Origin: an uncultured Gammaproteobacteria bacterium
GTDB lineage: Bacteria > Patescibacteriota > Patescibacteriia > SG8-24
Assembly: GCA_964487195.1 (NCBI GenBank)
Contig: CAZAPV010000002.1
Coordinates: 1 to 37,285 of the forward strand
DNA length: 37,285 nucleotides
Direction of reading: 5' to 3'
Below, piece after piece: positions 1-8,777 of this stretch (positions are counted from its first letter, which is position 1; each line of letters opens with the position of its first letter). The notes under the pieces were generated by a model, which was not told the origin of the DNA, searched no databases, and saw nothing but the letters and a program-made list of their open reading frames with translations. Position numbers and translations under genes: made by a program.

Positions 1-944
1 GCAAAGCGCTCGCCGGCACGCCGGTCGAGCAATTCACGCCGCCACAACCGGTCGTCACTGGAAAACCGATTCTCGACGGCGATAAACGGGCGCAGATGAC
101 CGTAAAAATCGACCGGATCTCCGGGAAGCTCGCGACCGACCTCACGCCGCCCGAAGACGTGATCTTCCAGGGCTACGGCGTACCGCACTCGATTCTGTAC
201 TTCATCGATAGGAATGATCCGCGCGGACCGGCGCCGACAAATCCGGAGAACGATCCGCAGTTCTCCTACTGGGAGCAGGCTGTCGCGACCTGGGCGGCAA
301 AGCAGGGGATACTGCCGACCGCCCCGCCCATCGAAACTGACGACGTCCATTCCGCGGCGAACGCACCGACAATTTCGTTCCTCGATCCCGTTGATGGCGG
401 CGTACTGTCTTCGCGCGCGCCGGCCGTGTCGGTAAACGCGTCCGCGCCGCGCGGCGTCGCTCGAGTCGTCTATTTCATCGACGGCGAGAATGTCGGCTCA
501 TCCAACGTCGCGCCGTTCACCGCGACGCTCACGATCCCGAACCACATCACGAAAGGATTCCACGTCCTCGCCGCAAAAGTGTACGACGACATCGACGACA
601 ACAGCCAGGCGTCGATCACGATCAATTTCACCGCCGATCCCGGTCCAACCGCGTTCCGGTGGATATCGCCGACCGATCAGACGACGATCGCTGCTGGCGC
701 GTTCCCGACGACGATCGCGGTCGAGATCGATGATCCTAAAAGCATCGCGTCGATCAAATTTTCAGCGCAACAGAGCGGAAATAATGATTCTGAACAGATC
801 GGAGAAATAGACAATCCGACTGCAATGACTCTCTCCTTGCCGTGGCCCCCGACGCCGGCGGCCGGCACCTATCAGCTGATGGCGGATATCACGCTGATCT
901 CAAACGAAACCGTCCACGAATCGATCACCGTGAAAGTAAAATAA
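1..944 (+). CDS. Class A penicillin-binding protein (PBP1A family), C-terminal fragment truncated by the window edge
   Basis: Frame 3 is open from the window edge, and the ATG at 96 is internal. The stretch IDRISGKLAT..TPPEDV..HSILYF..DPQFSYWE resembles the region after the transpeptidase domain of PBP1A-like proteins. Two Ig-like beta-rich repeats follow. Identified by eye only. Confidence 0.55.
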   Translation, partial: KALAGTPVEQFTPPQPVVTGKPILDGDKRAQMTVKIDRISGKLATDLTPPEDVIFQGYGVPHSILYFIDRNDPRGPAPTNPENDPQFSYWEQAVATWAAKQGILPTAPPIETDDVHSAANAPTISFLDPVDGGVLSSRAPAVSVNASAPRGVARVVYFIDGENVGSSNVAPFTATLTIPNHITKGFHVLAAKVYDDIDDNSQASITINFTADPGPTAFRWISPTDQTTIAAGAFPTTIAVEIDDPKSIASIKFSAQQSGNNDSEQIGEIDNPTAMTLSLPWPPTPAAGTYQLMADITLISNETVHESITVKVK

Positions 945-974
945 AAATGTCCGGCGCATGCCGGACGTTTTTTT
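943..974. terminator. Bidirectional intrinsic terminator between the PBP gene and dnaN
   Basis: Perfect stem GTCCGGC (949-955) / GCCGGAC (960-966) with loop GCAT. An A-run lies upstream and a T-run (968-974) downstream. The T-run overlaps the dnaN stop codon. Confidence 0.7.
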
Positions 975-2127
975 ATTGTCGGATCGGCATCACGATGTAC
1001 AGGTAATCGTGCAGCGGTTTTCCTTCGCCATACGGATGGATGACGCACGGGCTCATTCCGTCGATTAACTGGAGTGCGACGCGATCGCCGTCGATGTTGT
1101 TCACGCCGTCCAGGAAGTATCGGAAATTCACGGTGACGTTATTCTCCTTTCCGCTCACGGCGCCGTCGATCTCGACCGAGTGTTCCCCGGTCTGCGCGTT
1201 CGTCGCATCGAGCGCGATCCGTTTGCCGGGGGAGAACCGGAAATGGACGTCGTTCAGCCCGGTTTTCGAGAACAAGCTCGCAGTTTTCACGGCGCGGGCG
1301 AGATCGTTCTTTTCCATCACCACCTCGGTTTCAAACCGCTCGGGAATGAGCTGCCGATAGTCCGGATATTTCCCTTCGATCGTGCGGGAAATAAGCTCAA
1401 CCGAATCATAGACGAACAACACCTGACTTTCGCCGAGGCAGATCTCCAGCCGTTCGGGAACGTCGAGCGTTTCCTTAAAAACGCCGAGAATACGCACCAA
1501 TTCGGCGACCGTTCTCGCCGGAACGATCATGCTCACCGGATCGCTCAGCGACGGATGTTTGTCCGACATCGCCATCATCTGTTTTTCCGCGAGACGATAA
1601 CTGTCGGTCGCGGCGAGCGTGAGTGTCAGACCGTCGGCGCCGGTCGAAAAACGGAACAGCACGCCGCTGATCTCCGGCCTCGATTCGTTCGGCGCGACCG
1701 CGAACAACACCTGCCCGATCGTTTTTCGGAATTCAGATGCTTTCACGGAAAACTTATATTGTTCATCGACCGACGGAATGAGCGGAAATTCCGACGCATG
1801 CACGCCGTGCAGCTTCGTCTGGTACGACCCGCACGAAATTCCGAGCGTATTTCCGTCCTGAAGTATGTCGACCTTCTCTTTCGGCAGCAGCGAAACGTAA
1901 TCGGCAAAAAGTTTGGACGGTATCGTGAATTCCCCGGATTCATCGATTTTTCCCCTTACCGCGCAACGGATCGCTATTTCAAGGTTCGTCGTCATCAGGC
2001 GCAGCATCTTGTCGTCGCTCTTGATCAGCACGTTGCCGAGAATAGGAAGATTGATGTTTTTGTTCGCGATATGACTGACGATCGAAAGTCCCTGGTTCAG
2101 ATTTTCTTGCGTGCACGTGAACTTCAT
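973..2127 (-). CDS. dnaN: DNA polymerase III beta sliding clamp
   Basis: 384 aa. The N-terminus MKFTCTQENLNQGLSIVSHIA..NLPILGNVLI and the three-domain length are typical of DnaN. It lies immediately downstream of dnaA. Confidence 0.95.
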   Translation of the reverse strand: MKFTCTQENLNQGLSIVSHIANKNINLPILGNVLIKSDDKMLRLMTTNLEIAIRCAVRGKIDESGEFTIPSKLFADYVSLLPKEKVDILQDGNTLGISCGSYQTKLHGVHASEFPLIPSVDEQYKFSVKASEFRKTIGQVLFAVAPNESRPEISGVLFRFSTGADGLTLTLAATDSYRLAEKQMMAMSDKHPSLSDPVSMIVPARTVAELVRILGVFKETLDVPERLEICLGESQVLFVYDSVELISRTIEGKYPDYRQLIPERFETEVVMEKNDLARAVKTASLFSKTGLNDVHFRFSPGKRIALDATNAQTGEHSVEIDGAVSGKENNVTVNFRYFLDGVNNIDGDRVALQLIDGMSPCVIHPYGEGKPLHDYLYIVMPIRQ

Positions 2128-2358
2128 GGCGATACGATTAGATCGATATATATATTCGGTAACGGTGGTAGGGAAGTGGACAGCGGGGAAAACTTTTGGA
2201 ATTTTGCTGCGCTTCGCGGAAAAGAAAAACCGTCGCCCTGTGCATTGATCGTGAGGATCGGAGAGGAGACGGTTGATAAAACGAGCGTCGATTTTTTTGT
2301 TTGTATTTCATCCGGAGAAAATCCCGCGTTCAATCACAGGTTTTCCTCATCCTATCCC

Positions 2359-3750
2359 TTATGTGTTATAGAGCCGCTGCTTGATCAGATCCATATCCTG
2401 GCGCAGCTTCGGATTGGTTTCAAGCTCGTTGCCGATTTTATCGTACGCATGCATCGCCGTCGTGTGATCGCGGCCGCCGAGTTCATGGCCGATCGCGGGG
2501 TATGACGATCCGATCTCTTCGCGCATCAGGTACATGATGATCTGCCGCGGGAAGGCGAGCCGTTTTTCGCGGCATTTGCTGCTCATGTCCGCGATGGAGA
2601 CGTCGAAATATCCCGCGACGGTCTGGATGAGGTGCTTCGGCGTCACGTTTTTTTTGCTCTGTGTAGCGCCAAAACTGGAAAGCAGCGTTTTTGCGCCCTC
2701 GAGCGTCGGCCTAGTGTTCTTAAACTGATGGTAGGCGATGATTTTGTTGAGCGCGCCCTCAAGTTCGCGGACGTTCGATTGGATGACGGTCGCGATGTAC
2801 CGGACGATCTCCTGGTCGAGGTCGTAATTACGTTCTTTGCACTTCGTTTCCAGGATGGCGATCCTCGTTTCGAAGTCCGGACTGGAGATATCGACCGTCA
2901 TTCCCCACTGGAAACGCGAGATCAGCCGGTGCTCGAGCGCCGGGATCTGTTGCGGCGGCCGGTCCGAGGTGAGGACGACCTGCTTGTTCGCCTGGTGCAG
3001 GGCGTTGAACGTATGAAAAAATTCCTCCTGCGTGCCGTCTTTGCCGGTGAGGAATTGGATGTCGTCGATCAGGAGCACATCGACCGTGCGATACGTGTCT
3101 TTGAATTCTTTGCCGCGACCGGTCTTCACCGCGTGAATGAATTCATTGGTGAATTTTTCGCACGTGACGTACAGCACTTTTGCCGACGGCTTCTTTTTGA
3201 GCACCTCGTTGCCGATCGCCTGGAGCACGTGCGTCTTGCCGAGGCCGACGCCGCCATAGATGAACAGCGGATTGTATTGCGTGCCGGGATTTTTCGCGAC
3301 CGCGATCGCCGCGGCGTGCGTCAGCTCGTTCCCTTTGCCGACGATGAACGAATCGAAGGTGTATTTCGGGTTCAGTTTGCTGTCGCTCATCTGCTCTTTT
3401 TTCGCTGCAGTAAGCGATTCCGTGCGATTGACAGTCTGCGTATCGGTGCCGACGATCGTCGCGACCGGCAGCGCGTCCTGGACGAGCGTTCTGGATTGCG
3501 GTCGGACGTCCACTTTGTAAACAAGTTCGCGGACCGCGGAGCTGGTGACGTTCTGGAGCGATTTGAGAATCGCCGCGTTATATTTTTTTTCGAGCCACGC
3601 TTTCGTGAACGTGTTCGGCACGCTGATTACGACGCGGGCGCCGTCGCACGACGAAATAAATGTATTCTTGAACCACGTGGTGAAGTTCGCTTTGCTGAGC
3701 GTCACCTCCAGTTCCCCGAGCACTGCCTGCCAAAGTTCATGCGTGTTCAT
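2359..3750 (-). CDS. dnaA: Chromosomal replication initiator DnaA
   Basis: 463 aa. Walker A GGVGLGKTHVLQAIGN, box VII/sensor region, and a C-terminal DNA-binding helix (GGRDHTTAMHAYDKI). Confidence 0.97.
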   Translation of the reverse strand: MNTHELWQAVLGELEVTLSKANFTTWFKNTFISSCDGARVVISVPNTFTKAWLEKKYNAAILKSLQNVTSSAVRELVYKVDVRPQSRTLVQDALPVATIVGTDTQTVNRTESLTAAKKEQMSDSKLNPKYTFDSFIVGKGNELTHAAAIAVAKNPGTQYNPLFIYGGVGLGKTHVLQAIGNEVLKKKPSAKVLYVTCEKFTNEFIHAVKTGRGKEFKDTYRTVDVLLIDDIQFLTGKDGTQEEFFHTFNALHQANKQVVLTSDRPPQQIPALEHRLISRFQWGMTVDISSPDFETRIAILETKCKERNYDLDQEIVRYIATVIQSNVRELEGALNKIIAYHQFKNTRPTLEGAKTLLSSFGATQSKKNVTPKHLIQTVAGYFDVSIADMSSKCREKRLAFPRQIIMYLMREEIGSSYPAIGHELGGRDHTTAMHAYDKIGNELETNPKLRQDMDLIKQRLYNT

Positions 3751-3837
3751 AGAATCGTTTTTTCACTCATTGCTTCAGTCTACGGAAGCGCAGCCGATTT
3801 GAAAAGCGTCGCAAGTGTTTACATCGTGTGTATCAAT

Positions 3838-3846
3838 TGTGGATAT
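3838..3846. promoter_or_regulatory. DnaA-box-like 9-mer in the dnaA/rpmH divergent intergenic region
   Basis: TGTGGATAT has one mismatch to TGTGGATAA, the reverse complement of TTATCCACA. It is the only near-consensus box I see adjacent to dnaA. Confidence 0.5.
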
Positions 3847-3917
3847 CTTCGAGAAAAAACGCAAGCGCCACAAATGGCTTGCCATTTCGCGCCGTTCGTG
3901 CGAAGATTGCTTTTGCT

Positions 3918-4058
3918 ATGTCCACCAAACGAACGTACCAACCGAAAGCGAGAAAAAGAAAGCGAGTCCACGGTTTCCTCTCGCGCATGCGCAAGAAAGC
4001 GGGCCGCCAGGTGCTCAAGCGCCGCAGGGACAAGGGGCGAAAGCGTCTGACCGTCTGA
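3918..4058 (+). CDS. rpmH: 50S ribosomal protein L34
   Basis: [46 protein letters not shown] is the canonical L34 sequence. The ORF-track start at 3828 is an upstream extension. Confidence 0.95.
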   Translation: MSTKRTYQPKARKRKRVHGFLSRMRKKAGRQVLKRRRDKGRKRLTV

Positions 4059-4064
4059 CACCGT

Positions 4065-4095
4065 AAAAAAGAGGCCCGACCGGGCCTCTTTCGTT
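4065..4095 (+). terminator. Hairpin plus short T-tract between rpmH and rnpA (partial terminator or attenuator)
   Basis: Stem GAGGCCC (4071-4077) / GGGCCTC (4082-4088) with loop GACC, followed by TTTCGTT. Confidence 0.55.
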
Positions 4096-4098
4096 GCT

Positions 4099-4443
4099 AT
4101 GTTGCCGAAAAAAAATCGTCTCACCGCCGACCGCGACTTCGCCAGGATTTTTGCGAAAGGGAGATCGGTACATGGCCGGGCGATCGGCATGCGCGCGGTC
4201 GGGAACCGTCTGAAAGAATCCAGGTTCGGTTTCGTCGTCAGCACGAAAGTGTCGAAAGACGCGGTCGTCAGGAATACGCTCAAGCGCCGGATGCGCGAAA
4301 TCGTCCGCAAACAGCTGCCGAAGATCGTCGGCGGAGTCGATATCGTCTTTACTGCCAAACAGGACGCGATCAAACTGCCGTTCGGCGATCTTGAACGGAC
4401 GCTGCTCGACCTCCTGGGGAGGGCGCGCCTCATTCAGCCATGA
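4099..4443 (+). CDS. rnpA: RNase P protein component
   Basis: 114 aa basic protein with LPKKNRL..DF..IF..G and a basic RNR-like stretch (NTLKRRMREIVRK). It sits in the conserved position after rpmH. Confidence 0.9.
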   Translation: MLPKKNRLTADRDFARIFAKGRSVHGRAIGMRAVGNRLKESRFGFVVSTKVSKDAVVRNTLKRRMREIVRKQLPKIVGGVDIVFTAKQDAIKLPFGDLERTLLDLLGRARLIQP

Positions 4444-4715
4444 ACGACGTCCTTCTTTTCGTCATTCGGTTGCCGAAAACGGTCGTCCTCGGCACGATCC
4501 GCATCTACCAACGGCTCGTTTCGCCGGACCATGGGCCGCTTCGCCGGCTTTTCCCATATGGCGTGTGCAAATATGAGCCGACGTGCTCGGAGTACGCCTA
4601 TGGGGCTGTGGATCAGTTCGGGATAATTCAGGGATTGGCGCTCGCCTGCGGTCGGATCTTCCGCTGCAATCCTTGGAGCGACGGTGGGATCGATCCGGTG
4701 CCGAAACGAAAATAA
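4440..4715 (+). CDS. yidD: Membrane protein insertion efficiency factor YidD
   Basis: IRIYQRLVSP....CKYEPTCSEYAYGAV..FG...G..LA..RI.RCNPW is the YidD signature. An ATGA overlap links it to the rnpA stop. Confidence 0.9.
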   Translation: MNDVLLFVIRLPKTVVLGTIRIYQRLVSPDHGPLRRLFPYGVCKYEPTCSEYAYGAVDQFGIIQGLALACGRIFRCNPWSDGGIDPVPKRK

Positions 4716-4740
4716 TGGCTCTATGCAGCCATTATTTTGA
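4708..4740. terminator. Bidirectional hairpin spanning the convergent yidD and DUF167 gene ends
   Basis: 10-bp stem AATAATGGCT (4711-4720) / AGCCATTATT (4727-4736), flanked by A/T runs. It overlaps both stop codons. Confidence 0.5.
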
Positions 4741-4954
4741 ATATTTTCTTCCGAGATCGCGCTCCGCGGACCAGGATAATGCATGAGCGCGGGACGTTGA
4801 GGTGGGCCGCAAGCATATCCACAACATCGTCATTCGCTTTACCGTGCTCGGGTGCGACCGGTGTCCTTATTTTATAGGTGCTGTCGGGCATCGTGGCGAC
4901 GGTTCGCGTCCGGCTCCCCGCATGAACGATGACGGTGATAGTGCGCGATTGCAT
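4721..4954 (-). CDS. DUF167 (YggU-like) small protein
   Basis: 77 aa with the pattern V.APEHGKANDDVVDMLAAHLNVPRSCIILVRGARSRKK typical of the UPF0235/DUF167 family. Its start overlaps the nfo stop (TGATG). Confidence 0.75.
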   Translation of the reverse strand: MQSRTITVIVHAGSRTRTVATMPDSTYKIRTPVAPEHGKANDDVVDMLAAHLNVPRSCIILVRGARSRKKIFKIMAA

Positions 4955-5787
4955 CAGCGTGCGTCGCGAAGCCGTTTCATCAGCGCGACGTCGGCCGCCG
5001 CGCCATCGGGCGGCGTTTCGAGGATCAGGTTGACGTCGCCGAACGCCGGCGAACCGACGATCGCGCGGAAACCGTCCGCCCCGATTTTTCCCGCGCCGAT
5101 ATTCTCATGGCGGTCTTTCTTTTCGCCGATGCCGACCTTCGAATCGTTGCAGTGCGACAGTTCGAGCCGGTCGAGTCCGACGATGCGATCGAATTTTTTC
5201 ATCGTCTCGTCGACGGCGGCGCGATCGCGCAGATCGTAGCCGGACGCGAATGCATGCGCCGTATCGAAACAGACGCCGACGCGCTCATCGCAGATGCCGT
5301 CGATGATCGCGCGCACTTCTTCGAACGTGTCGCCGATCACCATTCCCGCGCCCGCGGAGATTTCGACGAGCAGACGCGTCGCGCCGCGGTAGCCGTCAAG
5401 GATTTTTTTCATTCCTTCGATGACGAGCGCGACGCCCTGGTCCTCGCCGACGCCGGCGGCGCTGCCCGGATGGAACATGATCGCGGCCGCGCCGAGGATC
5501 GCGCCTCGCTCCAGTTCCCCGCGCACGATCTCGATCGTGGTGTCGCGGATCCGTCCTTCTTTGGACGCGAGGTTGATGACGTACGGCGCGTGGACGTACC
5601 AGCGGTCGAATCCGTGCGCGTCGCACGCGGCGCGGAACGCGGCGGCGTCTTCTTTTTTGATCGGTCCGACTTTTCCGCCCTGCGGCGGCCTGCTGAAAAA
5701 TTGGAAACACTCGGCGCCGAGCGCGGCGGCGTTTTTCGGAGCGTTCGCGAGCCCGCCCGCGGCCGAAACGTGCGCGCCGATTTTCAT
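4954..5787 (-). CDS. nfo: Endonuclease IV (AP endonuclease, TIM-barrel)
   Basis: 277 aa. MKIGAHVS.AGG...A...A..LG..CFQFF...PQ, HAPY.INLAS, FHPG, CFDT.H, SHCNDSK and the DRHE metal-ligand pattern. Confidence 0.9.
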   Translation of the reverse strand: MKIGAHVSAAGGLANAPKNAAALGAECFQFFSRPPQGGKVGPIKKEDAAAFRAACDAHGFDRWYVHAPYVINLASKEGRIRDTTIEIVRGELERGAILGAAAIMFHPGSAAGVGEDQGVALVIEGMKKILDGYRGATRLLVEISAGAGMVIGDTFEEVRAIIDGICDERVGVCFDTAHAFASGYDLRDRAAVDETMKKFDRIVGLDRLELSHCNDSKVGIGEKKDRHENIGAGKIGADGFRAIVGSPAFGDVNLILETPPDGAAADVALMKRLRDAR

Positions 5788-5788
5788 A

Positions 5789-7072
5789 TCAGTTCATCGC
5801 CGCCTCGCGGAGCATCTCGATCACTTTCCTGTTCCGGAGCGACGTCCGGAGATAGTCGTGGTATTCCTCGGTGCGAATTTCCGCCTGCGTTTCGGCGCTG
5901 TTCGCATGGGCGTTGAGCAGCCGCGTCACCTCCGCGAGCAGCTCGGCGTCCGACACCTCGACGTGCTCTTTTTCCGCCAATTCTCGCAGTAAAATCGCGG
6001 TCTTCACCCGCTTCACGGCCTGGACGGCGAACTCCAATTTAAGCTCGTCCACGCTCTTCTTGATGTTCTTCAAATACTCCGCGAAATCGGCGCCCTGTTC
6101 GGTGACGCTCCGTTTCAGCTCCTCAAGCATCCGGTCGACTTCCGCGGTGATGATCGCGTCCGGGAACTCCTCGAACTTCGATTTGTCGACGAGCTTCTCC
6201 AAGATTTCGAGTTCGACGCGCTGGCGTTCTTTTGCTTCCGCTTCGCGGACGAGATTTTCATTGAGCAGCGCGGAAAGTTTTTCCATGCTCTCCTGGCCGA
6301 GCCGTTTCGCGAATTCGTCATCGAGCGCCGGATGCCGCAGCTCGTACACTTCATTCAGGGTCACGGCGAAGTCGACGTCCTGGCCGGCGATATTTTTTTG
6401 ATAGTGCGTGTCCGGGAATTTCAATGTGAATGTTTTCTTGTCGCCTTCCTTGAGGCCGACGACCTGTTCGCGGAAACCGGGGACGTAATAATCTTCGTCG
6501 AGGTAGATGCCGTGCCCTTTCGTCTGGCCGCCCTCGATCCCGACGCCGCCGCGCGACAGGTTCATGTCGACGACGATTTTGTCCCCGACGCGCGCCTCTC
6601 GGTTCGCGCGCACTTCTTTCGTCTGCATGCGCTGCAATTCCTTGAGCGTCTCGTCGACCCGTTTCGTTTCGACGGCGACCGGCCTCGTCTTCACCTTGAT
6701 CGTCCGGAAATCCGCGAGCGACAGCACTGCGGGGACGAGCGCGACCGTCGCCGTGAACGCGATCGGATTGCCCGGCACCAGTTTCGTCACGTTGATGCGC
6801 GGTTCGCCGTAGGCGCGCAGCGCGTTGTCCATCACCGCTTTCACGTAGTGCGTGCGAACGAGATCCGGGAGCGCGTGTTCGTAGATCGCCATCTCGCCGA
6901 ACCTCGTTTTGACGACGTCATACGGCGCTTTGCCGGGACGGTACCCCTGGATCTGCCGTTCTTCGGAGAGATGCCGCGCCGCCGATTCGAGTTCGTTTTT
7001 CGCCTCCTCGACCGGGATCTCGCAGCTGATTTCGACCGCGCCTTTCGGCAATTTCTTGATGGTGCAGGACAT
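5789..7072 (-). CDS. tig: Trigger factor
   Basis: The ribosome-binding N-domain includes FRPGKAP-type GYRPGKAPYDVV, followed by a PPIase-like middle domain and a helical C-domain. Start chosen at MSCTIKKLPKGAVEI (ATG 7072). The track start 7120 is an extension. Confidence 0.9.
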   Translation of the reverse strand: MSCTIKKLPKGAVEISCEIPVEEAKNELESAARHLSEERQIQGYRPGKAPYDVVKTRFGEMAIYEHALPDLVRTHYVKAVMDNALRAYGEPRINVTKLVPGNPIAFTATVALVPAVLSLADFRTIKVKTRPVAVETKRVDETLKELQRMQTKEVRANREARVGDKIVVDMNLSRGGVGIEGGQTKGHGIYLDEDYYVPGFREQVVGLKEGDKKTFTLKFPDTHYQKNIAGQDVDFAVTLNEVYELRHPALDDEFAKRLGQESMEKLSALLNENLVREAEAKERQRVELEILEKLVDKSKFEEFPDAIITAEVDRMLEELKRSVTEQGADFAEYLKNIKKSVDELKLEFAVQAVKRVKTAILLRELAEKEHVEVSDAELLAEVTRLLNAHANSAETQAEIRTEEYHDYLRTSLRNRKVIEMLREAAMN

Positions 7073-7187
7073 AGGGAATGAATGACTTGGAAGGATAGAA
7101 GAGGAACCGGCCGTTGTCAAGCGGCGCGCCTTGACGACGGGATGCCGGCGTGGTGTTGTTTGCAGAGGTCATTGAAAGGAGGTGCCG

Positions 7188-7787
7188 ATGAAATCGGTCC
7201 TGTTGCGCCTGGCGTTGGCGCTCTGCGCGTTCATGACGTTCGGGTGCGAAGGATTTTTGCCCCCGAAGAAGCCGGTGCTGTCGGTGCTGCCCGGACCGGA
7301 AAAGACGCCCTCGTTCACCGTCGTGATCGATCGTGGCAGGCCGCTCGATCGGCTGCTGTTCGTCGGCGGGTACGATGAGATCGATCCCGCGATTCGAACG
7401 GCGACGTTTTTCCCGCGGTTCTGGGATGGCGTAAAAAACGAGCAGATCGGATCGGTGGACGTCGAACTGATCAGTTTCGACCGTTCGGTGACCACGATCG
7501 ACGCGCTTGAGCTGATGCGGGAACAGGGAATCAGCCCGGTGACGTTCGATGTGCTGCTTTCGGTCGGCGCCGCGCATCCGGAACTGCAGCGCGGACCGCC
7601 GATCGCCGCGCTCGGCACGATCGTGACGATGGCGGACGGCCAGCGCGGCGTGCCGTTCCTCGGCGGCGACAGCCGCCAGCCGCCGCAGCGGACGGTGCGC
7701 GTCCTGCGGACGGGGGAGGCGGATTACGCCTACTTATGGGGGACGGCGTGGCGCTTTCTCGTTCTGAAACCGTCGAAACCGTCATAA
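7188..7787 (+). CDS. Predicted lipoprotein, hypothetical (paralog of 8778..9374)
   Basis: RBS AAAGGAGG lies 5 nt upstream of ATG 7188. Signal peptide MKSVLLRLALALCAFMTFG|C has a lipobox-like Cys. The protein aligns along its length with the 8778 protein (blocks FTVVIDRGRP / VDVELISFDRSVTT / HPELQRGPPIAALG). Confidence 0.7.
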   Translation: MKSVLLRLALALCAFMTFGCEGFLPPKKPVLSVLPGPEKTPSFTVVIDRGRPLDRLLFVGGYDEIDPAIRTATFFPRFWDGVKNEQIGSVDVELISFDRSVTTIDALELMREQGISPVTFDVLLSVGAAHPELQRGPPIAALGTIVTMADGQRGVPFLGGDSRQPPQRTVRVLRTGEADYAYLWGTAWRFLVLKPSKPS

Positions 7788-7813
7788 CGGTCCCGCTTCT
7801 CGGGGCCGTTTTT
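7787..7813 (+). terminator. Intrinsic terminator of lipoprotein gene A
   Basis: 9-bp stem ACGGTCCCG / CGGGGCCGT with loop CTTCT, followed by TTTTT. It starts at the last base of the stop codon. Confidence 0.65.
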
Positions 7814-7814
7814 A

Positions 7815-7843
7815 TTGACAATTCTCGGGATATGCGGTAAAGA
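7815..7843 (+). promoter_or_regulatory. Sigma70-like promoter for 7878..8624
   Basis: TTGACA (7815-7820), 17 bp spacer, TAAAGA (7838-7843). Confidence 0.45.
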
Positions 7844-7877
7844 GAGCGGGAGGTTCTTTTCACAGAAAGGAGTTCCC

Positions 7878-8624
7878 GTGATCACCGGATTGGACGTCGA
7901 ACGCGATTTCGTGACCGCGCTGCAACAGCTCGGCTGCGAAACGGCGTACGATACAGTGAAGGATAAGCACAAGAAGATCGACATCACCCTTCTCAAGGTG
8001 CGCGGACGGAAACTCCGCGAGCCGTCGGAGATCCAGATCACCCGCCGCCGCGACGACTTCAAGAAGATCGACCAGTATCTCAAAAGCGAGACGGCGAAGC
8101 GGCCAACGTCATGGTTCATCGAAATCGGCACGAACGTGAGCGCGGAGGCCGCGGCGATCGCGCTGCTCTCGGCGATGTCGCACGTCTCGAAGAGTCGGAA
8201 GAAAACCAAGGGCGCACGCGCATTGCGCGCGCTCGATGGCGGCAGGTACGAATTTTTCGACCTGCAGGCGCGGTGGGGGAAGCTGCTGCTCATCGAGAAC
8301 GGCGCGCGGCTGCGAGGAAGATTCGAACATATCGCCACCACCGGCGTCGTCATCAGTTCCGGCAAAGAAGTATTCTGGGCATATGACACCGCGATGAACG
8401 ACCGTCTTCGGTCGCGCGTCCGGGATCATCGCGCGGGCGGCGAGAAAGCGGACGGTCTCGAGGTGACGTTCGTCGATGCCAAGCGCGGGAAACCGCACCG
8501 GCTCGCGATCAACATCGAACCGTACGTCGAACCGAACAGAGCCATTCCCGCACCCGAGCCCGCGGCACCGTCCACGGTCCCGACCGGCCTCGAACGGTTC
8601 AAGAGGCGATACGGACGAAAATAA
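7878..8624 (+). CDS. Hypothetical protein with an N-terminal restriction-endonuclease-like (Mrr-cat-like) segment and a C-terminal cold-shock/OB-like segment
   Basis: GTG 7878 is preceded by AAAGGAG at 5-nt spacing, and the track start 7815 is the -35 hexamer. N-terminus: ERDFVTALQQLG...KKIDITL...EIQITRR resembles the FE..v..l..lG / DgGiDi / vQcK pattern. C-terminus: GVVISSGKEVFWAYDTAM...GLEVTFVDAKRGKPHRLAINI resembles a CSD. Domain calls are by eye. Confidence 0.55.
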   Translation: MITGLDVERDFVTALQQLGCETAYDTVKDKHKKIDITLLKVRGRKLREPSEIQITRRRDDFKKIDQYLKSETAKRPTSWFIEIGTNVSAEAAAIALLSAMSHVSKSRKKTKGARALRALDGGRYEFFDLQARWGKLLLIENGARLRGRFEHIATTGVVISSGKEVFWAYDTAMNDRLRSRVRDHRAGGEKADGLEVTFVDAKRGKPHRLAINIEPYVEPNRAIPAPEPAAPSTVPTGLERFKRRYGRK

Positions 8625-8664
8625 CGCAAAACCGGCCCGACGCTTGTCGGACCGGTTTTTACGT
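8622..8664 (+). terminator. Intrinsic terminator, copy 1 of a duplicated roughly 40-bp terminator module
   Basis: CGCAAAACCGGCCCGAC-GCTT-GTCGGACCGGTTTTTACGT lies directly after the TAA stop. The core is nearly identical to 9372-9415. Confidence 0.75.
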
Positions 8665-8718
8665 AGGTAGGGCAAAAAACTCTGGTGCCTGACACTAAAG
8701 GGTCAGATATACACGCTC

Positions 8719-8747
8719 TTGACATGATGTCCGCTACCTGATGAGAT
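8719..8747 (+). promoter_or_regulatory. Sigma70-like promoter for lipoprotein gene B
   Basis: TTGACA (8719-8724), 17 bp spacer, TGAGAT (8742-8747). Confidence 0.4.
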
Positions 8748-8777
8748 GCCGACGGTTCATTCACAAAGGAGGAACCG

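Noticed and set aside
2128-2358. dnaA-dnaN spacer as the obvious oriC.
   Set aside because: Not rejected outright, but I could not support it. It has AT-rich runs (2141-2160, 2288-2312), yet I see no 9-mer closer to TTATCCACA than two mismatches. It is therefore not listed as a feature. The origin question is raised under the 17809-17884 finding.
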